A stretch of 64,000 nt of DNA from Candidatus Versatilivorator sp. (GTDB taxonomy: Bacteria > Acidobacteriota > Terriglobia > Versatilivoradales > Versatilivoraceae): assembly GCA_965207735.1 (NCBI GenBank), contig OZ242296.1:960001-1024000 (forward strand). Reading direction: 5' to 3'. This document shows, piece after piece, positions 1 to 10,273 of this stretch (position 1 is the stretch's first letter; each line of letters begins with the position of its first letter). The notes under the pieces are model-generated. The model ran no database searches and was not told the DNA's origin. It saw only the letters and a program-made list of their open reading frames with translations. The position numbers and the translations under genes are program-made.

Positions 1-215
1 ACTCCGGAGTATCGCATGCGGCTCACCTGGGAGGCATGCTGGTCGGCTACCTCTATCTGAAGCGCGGCCCCTTTCGCGACCGTCCGGGTGCGAGCTGGTA
101 TCAACCGATCAAGGATGCCTATCTGGAGTACCGATTTCGCCGGGCCCGGCAAAGATTCGAGGTCTACCTGAACCGGAAAGAGCGAGAGCGCCGCGATAAC
201 GACACCATCCATTGA
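1..215 (+). CDS. Rhomboid family intramembrane serine protease, 3' part (runs off window start)
   Basis: Frame starting at nt 3 reads SGVSHAAHLGGMLVGYLYLKR...DNDTIH* (TGA 213-215). AHLGG is the rhomboid catalytic His motif. Not in the ORF track. Confidence 0.75.
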   Translation, partial: SGVSHAAHLGGMLVGYLYLKRGPFRDRPGASWYQPIKDAYLEYRFRRARQRFEVYLNRKERERRDNDTIH

Positions 216-423
216 CTCCGCTTTCCCGGATAAGCTCTCTCTGAAACACCCCCGTTTCACCCTGTTTGATCTGCCCGGTAATGGCGGGCGGGGGCCCGGC
301 TAACCTGCTTGCAGCAACCCCTTTTTCTTGTCTCATCCAGCCCCCCCCACGACAAATGCGAGCAAGAAGTGCAACCGGGCCGGGACCCATTTCCGATACT
401 CCCAGTATTCCGGAGCGGACAGG

Positions 424-1503
424 TCAAAACCCGGCCCGGTCCGTCTCGGGAACGAAATAGGTGGTGCGGGTCCTGACTCGAAGACTGGGGTCTTTCACCT
501 CAACCCGGACGCGTCGCATTCCGCCCTGGTGTGCGGGGCTGTTGGAATAGTATGCCAGGCTGAAGGTGTGCCTCAATTCATGGGCAACCTTGGAATACTC
601 TCCTTTCAGGTCCGACAGGTCGGCCACAAGGAACATCTTTCCGCCGGTTTCCCCGGAGAGCTGGCTCAATCGTTCGGTTTGAATCTGATAGACCTCCTCC
701 AGCACCGAGAGACTCAGCCGAGCATTTTCAACGTAGGGATCCTCCTCTTTTTCCTGGCTTTCCCGGATATAACGTTCCAGGAGATCCTTATGCCGATCCT
801 TGTTCACGATGGTGATGGGATAAAAGACGGCATCGTCCTGTGCCAATTGCCTGCGCAGTTCGTCGAAAGACACCCGGCTGGAGTTTTCCATTCCGTCGCT
901 GAGCACCACGATGGCCTTGCGGCCGCTGCGAGTCCGTTGCAGGCTCTTGAGGGCCATGGCCACCCCGTCGTAAACCTGGGAGCCACCGTGGGGATAGGTG
1001 GACAACCGTTTGATGGCTCTTCGCAGCAGCTTGCGGTTATTGGTGAACTTCTGAACCTCCTGGGTGAAAAAGTGGGTTTCGGTGACCGAAATCTGGTCGT
1101 CGGGACGCAGCTCCTTGGTGAAATTGCGTGCAGCGTCCTTGATCAGCCTGAGGTTGTTTCGGGTGCTGATGCTGGTGTCGACCAGAAGCACCAGCTTGAA
1201 GGGAGCTTCCACCGGAAAAAAGGTTGAGATGTCCTGCCGGATCCCGTTCTCGTAGACCGCAAAATCCTCCCGCGTCAGGGTGGTGACGTTGTCTCCGTTT
1301 TCGTCCATCACGGTGACGTTCAACACCACCAGGTCCACGTCCACTTCCAGGCGGAACGACCCATCGTCGTCCTGTGGACTGCCGGGTGGAGGGGTATGGC
1401 CTGCCAACGGCAAAGGCAACCCCGGCGCCAACCCGAGCAGGATCACCATGGCGGTCCGAGCGCAACGGGAGTACATGGCCTTGGATTCTAACACGGGTGT
1501 CAT
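424..1503 (-). CDS. Secreted VWA-domain protein (acidobacterial VWFA-related type)
   Basis: Signal-like N-terminus; FRLEVDVDLVVLNVTV lead-in; MIDAS DTSIS; RKAIVVLSDG; ETGG motif. Confidence 0.85.
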   Translation of the reverse strand: MTPVLESKAMYSRCARTAMVILLGLAPGLPLPLAGHTPPPGSPQDDDGSFRLEVDVDLVVLNVTVMDENGDNVTTLTREDFAVYENGIRQDISTFFPVEAPFKLVLLVDTSISTRNNLRLIKDAARNFTKELRPDDQISVTETHFFTQEVQKFTNNRKLLRRAIKRLSTYPHGGSQVYDGVAMALKSLQRTRSGRKAIVVLSDGMENSSRVSFDELRRQLAQDDAVFYPITIVNKDRHKDLLERYIRESQEKEEDPYVENARLSLSVLEEVYQIQTERLSQLSGETGGKMFLVADLSDLKGEYSKVAHELRHTFSLAYYSNSPAHQGGMRRVRVEVKDPSLRVRTRTTYFVPETDRAGF

Positions 1504-1511
1504 GCAGCGGT

Positions 1512-4337
1512 TTAGGGCTCAGACCCCGGGACCACCCCGGCAACGAAGAGCTCCGGTCGGAAGAATTGCCGCACCACCGCGGAAACATCCTCGGGTTCCA
1601 CCGCCTCGATTTGTTTCAGGCTGTTGGTGACGTCATAGATGGACTGCCCGAAGATGGCTCTTTCAGCCAGTTCCAGAACCTGCCGGAGTGAATGCTGGGC
1701 GGCGATCCGGTAACTTCGAACCGCTGCCTTCCTGGCCTGATCGATGGCCTCTTCCGACAGCGATCCCTTGTCCAGCCCGGTCAGTTGGGCCTCGACGGCC
1801 TCCAGAGCCTCGGCGCCGTTGGCGGGTGGGGCCGTCAGGCGGGCGTAGAAGTATCCCCCCCACTGCAGACGCTGCTGCGAGGTCAGGATGTCCATCGCCA
1901 AACCCTGGCGTTGTTTCAGAGCCAGGGGCAAGACCCCGCTCACGCCGGAGGTCAAGTACTGCAACACGGTAAAGGCCGCAATGCGCGGGTCAGAGGGCGG
2001 CGGTCCCAGAAACCCGGCCTGAGCCCTGAAGGGTTGTCCCTGCCTGGCCTCTCCCGCAAGAGTCCGGGTCCTGGACAGGGTTGGCACCTCGCCAATGTCC
2101 TCATAGTCGATGCGGGAGATGCCGGAGCGCCGCCACTTGCCGGCAAACCTGGCGGCAAAGGCGCTCCCCTCCACGTCCCCGGCAATGACCACGACCGGTT
2201 GACCCTCCCTGACGAATCGCCGGTGCCATGCCATCAGGTCCTGGCGAGTGAGCGATTGCAGCGCCGTCCTCTCTCCGTAAGAGCCTCTCCCGTAGGGATG
2301 GGCACCGTAGGCGGCCCGCAGGAACAGCCGTTCCGCCTCACGAATTGGATCGTCCATCAGCCCGGCGGCCCGCAAACGCAAGGCCTGCTTTTGAGCCGCG
2401 ATGGCCTCTTCTTCAAAGGTCGGACGTTGCAAGGCTTCGGCCAGAATGTCTACGCAAGCGGCGAAATTCCCGGACAGTCCATGGAGCACGAAGCCAAAAT
2501 AATCCGGCTTTACAACTGCGTTCACCACCACTCCCAGCCTCTCCAGCAAGGCAGCCGGATGGGAAGGCTGCAGGGCCGATCCGGCCCCGACGGCCGTGGC
2601 AGCCATCAACCCGGTGATTCCCTGTTGGTCGGCAGGTTCCAGGGACTGCCCACCCCGAAAGAAGATTCCCATCGAAGCCAGGGGCAACCAGCGTCCTTCC
2701 TGGACCCAAACGTCGGGCCCTCGCAGGATGGAGAACTTCTTCGGGGGCGGGACCAGTTCCGCCGTGCTGATTTCTCTGGGATCCCTCTGCCCCGGCGACC
2801 GGCCATCTGCCCGCACCCTCTCCTCCGGCAGGGGAACCTCGATCCAGTCGCTGCCCTTCATTTCTGCGCTGACGCGATTCAGGGCCAGCCTCAAGAACTC
2901 GCGGTAACTGGCGGAGCTGAATTGCCTCATCTCCTGTGAGACCGGCTGGTACTCCAGAAGCGTGCACTGTTCCAGATCGAGATAGCGACGTGCCGCGGCA
3001 ACCACCTCCTCGAGGGTCACCGATTCGATTGTCGGGAGAGTTTCCACCCAGGTCTTGAACTCCGCCAAGTGCTCGTGGCGGGCGATCTGAACCGCCAGAT
3101 CGGCCAGATCCTCCTGTTCCTGCAGAAACTCGACCGTGAGCAGCGCCCGAGCGCGCTGCAGATCCGATTCGGTCAGCACGCCCTGCTTGATCCGCTCCAT
3201 GGCGGCAAACGCCGTCACTGCCGACCGGTCCGGCCCCAAGGCGCCCACGGGCAGGCTGAGGACGAGATAGCTGGTCCGGCCCAGCGAAAAGGGATTGGAG
3301 GCAACCGCCTGAAGCGGCGAACGGGAGATCCTCAACAGGTGATTCAGCACCGAGGTCTCGCCCGCCGTCAGAACGGCTTGTAGCAATTTGCAGGCGTACC
3401 ACTCCCGGGTGAAAGCGGCAGGCAGGGGAAACCCGATCCCGATTCCACCTTGATGCAGGTCCGCCCGGCGGTTGGCGTAGGTGAAGCCATTCGTTTCGGG
3501 GGCGGGAGAAGGCGGAGAATCGGCCAGGGCTCTCTTGGGGAGGGAGCGGTAACGCTTGACGACCTCCCGCAGGAGCGCCCGCCGGTCGAAGTCGCCGGTG
3601 ATCGCCAGCAGGACGTTGCCGGGAACGAACCAACGACTTTGAAAGCCGGCGATCCGAGAACTGTCGACCGCGGGCCGGTTGCCGAGCGTACGACTCCTCT
3701 GGTCCGGTTGCCTTCCCCTTCGGGACGCCAAATTCAACAGTTGCCGCCTGTACTCCCTCTCCGGAGGGGCTTGGCTCAATTCGTAATGCCGCCGGACCGT
3801 TCGGTTGAGTCTACGCACTCTCTCGGGCGAGGGATTCCATGGCTGAAGTGCGGCGACTTGAAGGTCCAGCCCCTTCCGATAGGCTTCCCTCGGAAGGACG
3901 GTGGAAAACCAGGCGTGGTCTTCACCCACCCCGGTGTCCAACCCGGCACCGATCCTCCTGGCTTCCGCGGAAAGTGTTCCCTTTCCATCCGGAAGCGGGG
4001 AGTGCAGCAACAGGGGAGACCAGAAATCCCAGAACCCCGGCCCGGACACGTCCTGGTGAAGCCGGCCGGCCTTGACATAGGTCACCATGGCCACCAGGGG
4101 CGCGTTGCTCCTTTCAAAAAGGAGCACGGTCAAGCCGTTCTTGAACACCACCCTGGTGAAGGGGCCGACATCCTCTCGAGACAAATAGGGGCCGACTATT
4201 CTCGGCGGTGCAGAGTCGGGTGGGTCGTCCTGCGAGGCCTGGCAGGTGCTGACGTGATCCACCAGGCCGACCGGACCGAAGAGCCCCAGCCAACCACAGA
4301 GAACCGTCGCTCTCCAGGTGAATCGTGTGGTGACCAT
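1512..4337 (-). CDS. M16 (pitrilysin/insulinase) family protein with duplicated N+C modules
   Basis: FKNGLTVLL, FVPGNVLLAITGDFD, YGAHPYGR and VVIAGDV motifs in two tandem M16 halves; no HxxEH visible. Confidence 0.8.
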   Translation of the reverse strand: MVTTRFTWRATVLCGWLGLFGPVGLVDHVSTCQASQDDPPDSAPPRIVGPYLSREDVGPFTRVVFKNGLTVLLFERSNAPLVAMVTYVKAGRLHQDVSGPGFWDFWSPLLLHSPLPDGKGTLSAEARRIGAGLDTGVGEDHAWFSTVLPREAYRKGLDLQVAALQPWNPSPERVRRLNRTVRRHYELSQAPPEREYRRQLLNLASRRGRQPDQRSRTLGNRPAVDSSRIAGFQSRWFVPGNVLLAITGDFDRRALLREVVKRYRSLPKRALADSPPSPAPETNGFTYANRRADLHQGGIGIGFPLPAAFTREWYACKLLQAVLTAGETSVLNHLLRISRSPLQAVASNPFSLGRTSYLVLSLPVGALGPDRSAVTAFAAMERIKQGVLTESDLQRARALLTVEFLQEQEDLADLAVQIARHEHLAEFKTWVETLPTIESVTLEEVVAAARRYLDLEQCTLLEYQPVSQEMRQFSSASYREFLRLALNRVSAEMKGSDWIEVPLPEERVRADGRSPGQRDPREISTAELVPPPKKFSILRGPDVWVQEGRWLPLASMGIFFRGGQSLEPADQQGITGLMAATAVGAGSALQPSHPAALLERLGVVVNAVVKPDYFGFVLHGLSGNFAACVDILAEALQRPTFEEEAIAAQKQALRLRAAGLMDDPIREAERLFLRAAYGAHPYGRGSYGERTALQSLTRQDLMAWHRRFVREGQPVVVIAGDVEGSAFAARFAGKWRRSGISRIDYEDIGEVPTLSRTRTLAGEARQGQPFRAQAGFLGPPPSDPRIAAFTVLQYLTSGVSGVLPLALKQRQGLAMDILTSQQRLQWGGYFYARLTAPPANGAEALEAVEAQLTGLDKGSLSEEAIDQARKAAVRSYRIAAQHSLRQVLELAERAIFGQSIYDVTNSLKQIEAVEPEDVSAVVRQFFRPELFVAGVVPGSEP

Positions 4338-4339
4338 GA

Positions 4340-5296
4340 TCAGGAAAGGCTAACCGCGTAGGGGAGGTGTTTGCCTTCCAAACCGGCGCGAATGTTGTCC
4401 ACGGTCATCTGTGCCATGCGGAGGCGAGTCCGCGACCCGGCTGAACCCAGGTGAGGAGTGATCACCAGGTTGTTCAATTGCAACAGGGGGTGGTCGCGCG
4501 GCAACGGCTCAGGCTCGGTGACATCGATGGCGGCGCCCGCAATCCTTCTTTCGGCCAGGGCCCGATAGAGGGCCGCATGGTCCACCACGCCTCCCCGGGC
4601 CACGTTGACCAGAATGCCGTCCGGACGCATGCAGGCAAGCTGATCCTCTCCAATCAGGTGTCTGGTCTCCGGCGTCATGGGAACATTGAGCGTCACGAAA
4701 TGCGCCTGTTCCAGAAGGCCCCTCAAACTGGCATACTCCACTCCCAGTTCGCTCTCAGCCTCCGGCTTTCTGTGTCGGGAGTGGTAAAGGATCCGCATGT
4801 CGAACCCGCGAGCCCGTCGAGCCACCTCCCGCCCGATGTGGCCCAGGCCGACAATCCCCAGCGTGCTGCCGTGGACCTCGCGCCCCAGGAACAGGGACGG
4901 GTCGTAGTAGTGAAAGTCAGGCCCCCTTGCATAGCGGTCACCGGCAACTACGTTGCGGGCGCAGGCCAGCAGCAGAGCCATGGTCATGTCGGCGGTGGCC
5001 CCCTCCACCGCTCCGGGCGTGTTCCCAACCGGTATGCCCCGAGCCGCCGCGGCCGCCAGATCCACATGGTCGATGCCGACGCCGAAGTTGCTGATCACCT
5101 TGAGATTGGGCAAGCGGTCCATGAAGGCACCGTCGATGACGGGATGGCCGTAAAGAAACAGTCCCGCGACTTCCTGCAAGGACTCATCGGATCCCTCCTC
5201 CAGGAGGCTCCAGGGTCCCGAGCGACAGTCCGGGGCCAACAACTCTTCAATAAAGGCGGCCAGAGGCACGTCCGCTAGAATCAGGGCTTGATGCAT
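4340..5296 (-). CDS. D-isomer 2-hydroxyacid dehydrogenase (glyoxylate/hydroxypyruvate reductase-like)
   Basis: GVGIDHVD, GIVGLGHIG Rossmann motif, NVARGGVVD, DVTEPEP, TPHLGS; start placed at ATG 5296 (MHQALIL). Confidence 0.9.
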   Translation of the reverse strand: MHQALILADVPLAAFIEELLAPDCRSGPWSLLEEGSDESLQEVAGLFLYGHPVIDGAFMDRLPNLKVISNFGVGIDHVDLAAAAARGIPVGNTPGAVEGATADMTMALLLACARNVVAGDRYARGPDFHYYDPSLFLGREVHGSTLGIVGLGHIGREVARRARGFDMRILYHSRHRKPEAESELGVEYASLRGLLEQAHFVTLNVPMTPETRHLIGEDQLACMRPDGILVNVARGGVVDHAALYRALAERRIAGAAIDVTEPEPLPRDHPLLQLNNLVITPHLGSAGSRTRLRMAQMTVDNIRAGLEGKHLPYAVSLS

Positions 5297-5438
5297 CGGC
5301 GGATCCCGGTGAACTTCAGGGGGTAACGGGCTCTGCTCGCAGGTCCCAAGACCGGCAGGCGGGAACAGGCTTTCGGCTGCGGCGTTCCGAGTGCAGAACC
5401 GCAGCGGGCCGGCGGCGCCGGACCGGATCCCCGGGGAA

Positions 5439-6257
5439 TCAGGTGTCATCCGGCCTGAGCTTGCCGGCTGCCAGGACGCCTTCCGGCTTTTGTTTGACCA
5501 AGCCGTAAGCTTTCCACCCCAATCCCGAAAACGCATATCCGGCGGCCATGAGGAGCAGGACAATCTGCGAGTAGAAGTAGATGAGCGCCACCAGCATGGC
5601 CATGAGCACGAAATTGACGAATCGCTTGCGGCTCTTGAGGTCGACATGCTTGAAACTGGGATATTTCAGAGTGCTGACCATCAAGAAGCCCAGGAATCCG
5701 ACCACCACATTCCAGAGTATCCCCGTGAGCCAGTGTTCCGGAGGTTCCGGAGAAAAGTGGACCGCGGCGGCAATCATGGCCGCGCCGGCGGGAATCGGCA
5801 TGCCGACAAAGGGCCTTTCCGAGTCCCTTCCCGAGGGCAAAGGCTTTGCGCTCTGCAAATTGAAGCGAGCCAGCCGCATGGCGCCGCATACCAGGAAGCC
5901 AAAGCAAACAATCCATCCCAGTTGTTGCAGGTGCAGAGTATGAGGCGACTCCGGAGATAGCGCCCGCACTCCCCAGAGGTAGGCCAGTATGGCCGGAGCC
6001 AAACCAAAGGTGACCACATCGGCCAGCGAATCGATTTGCACACCGAATTCGCTGCAGGAGTTGGTCATGCGGGCGATCCTGCCGTCCAACCCATCAAACA
6101 CCACCGCAAAGCCGATGGCAATGGCAGCCAGGTTGAATTCGCCCTTGAGAGCGTTGGTGACCGCGAAAAATCCGCAGAAGATGGTACCGATGGTGAACAG
6201 CGTGGGCAGGACGTAAATGCCCCGCCGAAACCGGCGTTTTTGGGAATTATTCCTCAC
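5439..6257 (-). CDS. pssA: CDP-diacylglycerol--serine O-phosphatidyltransferase
   Basis: DGLDGRIAR...FGVQIDSLADVVTFG CDP-alcohol phosphotransferase motif; RLARFN; adjacent to psd. Confidence 0.93.
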   Translation of the reverse strand: MRNNSQKRRFRRGIYVLPTLFTIGTIFCGFFAVTNALKGEFNLAAIAIGFAVVFDGLDGRIARMTNSCSEFGVQIDSLADVVTFGLAPAILAYLWGVRALSPESPHTLHLQQLGWIVCFGFLVCGAMRLARFNLQSAKPLPSGRDSERPFVGMPIPAGAAMIAAAVHFSPEPPEHWLTGILWNVVVGFLGFLMVSTLKYPSFKHVDLKSRKRFVNFVLMAMLVALIYFYSQIVLLLMAAGYAFSGLGWKAYGLVKQKPEGVLAAGKLRPDDT

Positions 6258-6867
6258 TCCGCACCACCCTTCCGATAACGGTGCTGCCGCCCCGCACCCG
6301 GTCTCCCCGGCTCAATTCCAGAACCACCCTGTCGGGAACAAAAACATCCACCCTGGAACCGAAGCGAATCAAGCCGATGCGCTCGCCGGATTCAACCGCG
6401 TCACCCGGCTTCTTCCAGCAAACGATGCGACGCGCCAAAATCCCGGCGATCTGACTGAAACGCACCGTCAAGGAGCCATTTCCGACCGTCAGCACGTTTC
6501 GCTCGTTCTCTACGGAGGCGCGCCGGTCGAAGGCCATTCGGAACTTTCCCGGATGGTATCGGACCTCCTGGATGGTGCCCCCGATCGGCGAGCGGTTGAT
6601 GTGCACATCCCAAAGCGAGAGAAAGATGGAAACCCTGGTGGTCCCGTCCGCTTGCTTTGCCAGATCCAGGACCTTCCCGTCCGCCGGGGCCAGAATCAGG
6701 CCCTTTTCATCGGGGATTTTCCGGTGGGGATCCCTGAAAAAGAAGCCGACCAGAAAAGCGATCGCCAGACAGACCCACCCGACCGGCGCAAAGCCCAAGA
6801 TCCACAGCAGGCCGGCCATCACCAACAAGGGAATCAGGAAGACAAAGGCATCGGCGGCAATCTTCAT
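6247..6867 (-). CDS. psd: Phosphatidylserine decarboxylase proenzyme (short type)
   Basis: FFRDP, APADGKV, SIFLSLWDVHINRSP, ENERN and RFGSRVD cleavage motif; start ATG 6867. Confidence 0.93.
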   Translation of the reverse strand: MKIAADAFVFLIPLLVMAGLLWILGFAPVGWVCLAIAFLVGFFFRDPHRKIPDEKGLILAPADGKVLDLAKQADGTTRVSIFLSLWDVHINRSPIGGTIQEVRYHPGKFRMAFDRRASVENERNVLTVGNGSLTVRFSQIAGILARRIVCWKKPGDAVESGERIGLIRFGSRVDVFVPDRVVLELSRGDRVRGGSTVIGRVVRSEE

Positions 6868-7021
6868 GGCAGAGACTCGAGCAGGCCTGGGCAGGCAACT
6901 GGCTCCGGACATTATATATCAGGTGCCGGAAGGACGCTGAGACAAGGCAATAACTCGACTGCTCCGGAGCGGCTTGCTGTTGGAAAACGGAGCCTGGATG
7001 TGCCATCGGCCTTCCGGAACC

Positions 7022-7050
7022 AAAAAAGGGAACCCGGGGGTTCCCTTTTC
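7022..7050 (-). terminator. Rho-independent terminator
   Basis: Stem AAAAGGGAACC...GGTTCCCTTTT followed by a T-run on the minus strand, downstream of the DUF465-like gene. Confidence 0.75.
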
Positions 7051-7118
7051 GATCCAACCATCCTCCAAGGTCCAACCATTCCCGGGCGCGCCCGAGTCGG
7101 GCCCGGCCTCGCGGACTC

Positions 7119-7346
7119 TCAATCCTGCTGCTGCAGTTGGGCTTGAATTATCTGCTGCATTCGGTCCTTGGTCCGCAGCTTCAACTTCTTCAAGTTCACT
7201 TTCTCAAGCTGCTCTTCCTGAGACAGGAAACTTCTGTTCAGCAAAAGGGAGAGTTTTTCGTCATAGGTGCTGTGTTCTCTGGCAAGTTTTCTGAATTCGT
7301 CATTGGACTGCAAGAGATGCTCTCTGATATCCAAAGTGCTAGACAC
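7119..7346 (-). CDS. Small coiled-coil protein, DUF465/YdcH-like
   Basis: EFRKLAREH...LKKLKLRTKD pattern; GTG start at 7346 preceded by a GGAGGAGGA RBS. Confidence 0.75.
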   Translation of the reverse strand: MSSTLDIREHLLQSNDEFRKLAREHSTYDEKLSLLLNRSFLSQEEQLEKVNLKKLKLRTKDRMQQIIQAQLQQQD

Positions 7347-7454
7347 CGTTTGTCGTCCTCCTCCTGTATCGCAAAAGGTGGTTGCCGCTCCGCATTCCAA
7401 AGCTATCACAGCGCCAAAGACCAACTCAAGGAGCAATCGGACCGGTCTTGACGG

Positions 7455-8222
7455 CTACAGCTTCAAGTATTCCTTCAGCTTTCTGGAGTTGGAACGGCTG
7501 ACCGGAATCTCGGTCTCGTCCTGGTCGTCCATCTTGAGCTGCAGGGTCCGGTTGAACCAGGGCACCACCTCCTTGATCTTGTTGATATTTACCAGGAAGG
7601 ACCGATGAACCCGCCAGAAGATCTGGGGGTCCAGGTTGGCCTGCAGTTCCTCCAGGGTTCGATAATGGGTCTCCCCATTGAGATCGTGCGTGGCCACCTG
7701 GACGGAGCCATCCGAGACGCTGGCGAAGACAATATCGTCGGCGTCGACCATCAGATGGCGGTTTCTGTCCGTGACCAGCAGCTTCGACTTCCTGGGCGCG
7801 GCGGGAATGATCTGATTGAGCAGGTTCTTGATCCGGTCGTCCACCGGAATATTGGACTCCAGTTGCTTCCGTGCCCTCTGGAGGGCCATCTCGAGCCTTG
7901 ATTTCTCGACCGGTTTGAGGATGTAGTCCACCGCGTTGACTTCAAAGGCCCTGACCGCGTACTGGTCGTAAGCCGTGACAAAAACAACCTGGGGCAGCAC
8001 CTCCTCCTTGACCAGCTGGTGAACCACCTGAAACCCGTTGAGCCCGGGCATCTGTATGTCGAGAAACATCAGATCCGGCTCCAACTCCTTGACCAGGCGA
8101 ATGGCCTCCACCCCGTTGCGGCCCTGGCCAACCACCCCCACGCCGGGAACGGAATCCAGCAGGAAGTGAAGCTCTTCCAGGGCCAACTCCTCGTCGTCGA
8201 CCAGAATGCAGGAAATGGGCAT
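7455..8222 (-). CDS. LytTR family response regulator
   Basis: ILVDDE, FLDIQMPG, FVTAYDQYA, DYILKP receiver motifs; FWRVHRSFLVN LytTR domain. Confidence 0.95.
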   Translation of the reverse strand: MPISCILVDDEELALEELHFLLDSVPGVGVVGQGRNGVEAIRLVKELEPDLMFLDIQMPGLNGFQVVHQLVKEEVLPQVVFVTAYDQYAVRAFEVNAVDYILKPVEKSRLEMALQRARKQLESNIPVDDRIKNLLNQIIPAAPRKSKLLVTDRNRHLMVDADDIVFASVSDGSVQVATHDLNGETHYRTLEELQANLDPQIFWRVHRSFLVNINKIKEVVPWFNRTLQLKMDDQDETEIPVSRSNSRKLKEYLKL

Positions 8223-8249
8223 TTCAGGAGGCTCTCTCCCCGGGAGCAA

Positions 8250-9596
8250 TCAGCCGGTGTTCATCCGGCTTTCCCGGGATTGCTGCAGAGGGATTTCAAT
8301 ATGGGTGAAGGTGCCTTCCCCTGGCCGGCTGCTCACCTTGAATGCAAAGTCGGTCTGATAGGCTACCTTCAAGCGTTCCAGGACATTGCTGATACCGATT
8401 CCGGAATTGTAGATCGAGGACAGCTTGTCCTCGGAAATTCCGAGCCCGTCGTCCGTAACCTGGATGCAAAGACGATGCTGATGGAGTGCCGAGCGAATCT
8501 TGATGCGGCCCCCTTCGATCTTGGTCGAAATGCCGTGCCTGATCGAATTCTCGATGATGGGCTGCAGGATCATGCTCGGGATCATGCACGGCAGTGTCCG
8601 ATCGTCGATATCCTTTTCGACACGCAGCTTGTCTTTCCCGAAGCGACTCACCTCGATGTCCAGGTAGTTGTCGATAAACTCCACTTCCTCCCGCAAGGGG
8701 ATGAAATTCTCGTGGCCCTGCAACAGCTTGCGCAGGATGTGCGAGAGCTTCAGGACCATGGCTCTCGCCTTGGCCGGATTGGAACGGATCAGCGACGCAA
8801 TGGAGTTCAGGGTGTTGAAAAGGAAATGAGGGTTGATCTGATTGGCCAGGGCGTCCAGCCGGGCCTTCACCACCAGTACTTCCTGTTCGGCAAGCTTGAT
8901 TTCCAGGCGGGTGTTGTTCCAGACCTTCAGGGTGACTCCAACGCAGCTCAGCGATGCCACCAGTATCAGGGCAAACACAATGAAACTGTCGGTGGGAAAA
9001 TAAAACAGGCGCGCCGAGGTCAACGCTTGTCCCAGGACCTGACGCAGGGTCTCCACGCCGACGCAACTGAAAAAGAAGATGAGTTGCCAGCCGCTCTTGC
9101 TGAAAAGCTGCCTGGAGAAAAAGGAAAGAACCAGGTTGATGAAAACGAAGGGCGAGAAGTTCCAGATCTCTTCTTTCCTGGGCGAAAGATTGCGCAGCAG
9201 CCCACTCAACAGCCCCAGGGTCGGGTAGATCGCCAAGGCCGCCCACTCCTGCTGCTGCAGCAACGCCACCATCCCTACGCAGCCGCCGACAATGGCTCCG
9301 ACGACGGTGCCGCCCAGGAGACCGGCAATGAAAGTGCCCTCCAGGCTGAGGTCGAAGGCAGCGAAAGGATTGATGGTCCCACTGCCCACCCCGGCGCCTC
9401 GGATGACCACTCCGATACAGAGCGGCAGGCCCCAAAACCGGATGAGGGTGAGTTTTTCCCCAGCTTCCCTTTCCTCTGCAAAGAGCGTCTTGCGAAAGGT
9501 TTGAGAACGAGTCAGCAACGATGCCAGGGAGGCGATTACCCCCAGTTTGACCAAGAGAGCAATCAATATCTCCCGGTTGGCGGCAAAGATTTCCAC
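8250..9596 (-). CDS. LytS-like membrane sensor histidine kinase
   Basis: Multi-TM N-terminus; QINPHFLFNTLN H-box; QPIIENSIRHG, VTDDGLG, GIGISNV; start uncertain (GTG 9596 or 9683). Confidence 0.92.
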   Translation of the reverse strand: MEIFAANREILIALLVKLGVIASLASLLTRSQTFRKTLFAEEREAGEKLTLIRFWGLPLCIGVVIRGAGVGSGTINPFAAFDLSLEGTFIAGLLGGTVVGAIVGGCVGMVALLQQQEWAALAIYPTLGLLSGLLRNLSPRKEEIWNFSPFVFINLVLSFFSRQLFSKSGWQLIFFFSCVGVETLRQVLGQALTSARLFYFPTDSFIVFALILVASLSCVGVTLKVWNNTRLEIKLAEQEVLVVKARLDALANQINPHFLFNTLNSIASLIRSNPAKARAMVLKLSHILRKLLQGHENFIPLREEVEFIDNYLDIEVSRFGKDKLRVEKDIDDRTLPCMIPSMILQPIIENSIRHGISTKIEGGRIKIRSALHQHRLCIQVTDDGLGISEDKLSSIYNSGIGISNVLERLKVAYQTDFAFKVSSRPGEGTFTHIEIPLQQSRESRMNTG

Positions 9597-9840
9597 TGCC
9601 GTTCGTCCCTCGGCGGCAATCCAGGCCGGCAAGATCCGGCGCCATGATCGCTTCCCCGGTGAGACCCGCGGGGCAAGCATCATCTCGGTTGGTTACTGTA
9701 ACACCCGACTTCGGAGAATTCCAGGCAGGGCGCGTGGGATGTGGCCGGCGTTCCTTTGGAGAGCCCATGCGTCTCGGGAGGCAGCTCTTAATCCGCCGCC
9801 TACGCGGCTGCGGGTGCCGGCGGTCGTCACTTACGGGACG

Positions 9841-10094
9841 CCGCGTTTGCCCCCCTCCGGATCGACTGCGGGCTGCGCCCTTGTCTCTCCGACTCCCCCT
9901 CAAGGGGGGAGTGATACCTGAGGCCTGTAGAGGGCTTCTTGCCCAATCGCTGGGCAGGATGTAAACCATGTTCCCGGTCTACCGCATAAACTCCGTTCCC
10001 TCTTCATAACACGAGTATCACTCCCCCCTTGAGGGGGAGTCGCAGAAGCCGAGCCGAATGGCGAAGGCTGATGCGGTGGGGGGCAGACGCCGGC
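9841..10094. repeat. REP/BIME-like pair of inverted palindromic repeats
   Basis: 9890-9917 (CGACTCCCCCTCAAGGGGGGAGTGATAC) is the exact reverse complement of 10015-10042; each copy is itself a hairpin; weaker outer inverted similarity near 9841 and 10075. Confidence 0.8.
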
Positions 10095-10273
10095 GCCTCC
10101 GAACGGTAGCGCCGTGCACAATGTCCGCTACTCATTTGGGAGGCCGTGCATTCGCGTCCCGAATCTGCCGCTTGGCCAGGCTCTGTCGGGAAAATTCTTC
10201 AATCCTGGTACGAGAATCGATATTCTGCACACAGGTTCGCATTCCTGGGGCTCTTGGACCACGGTGACTCCCC

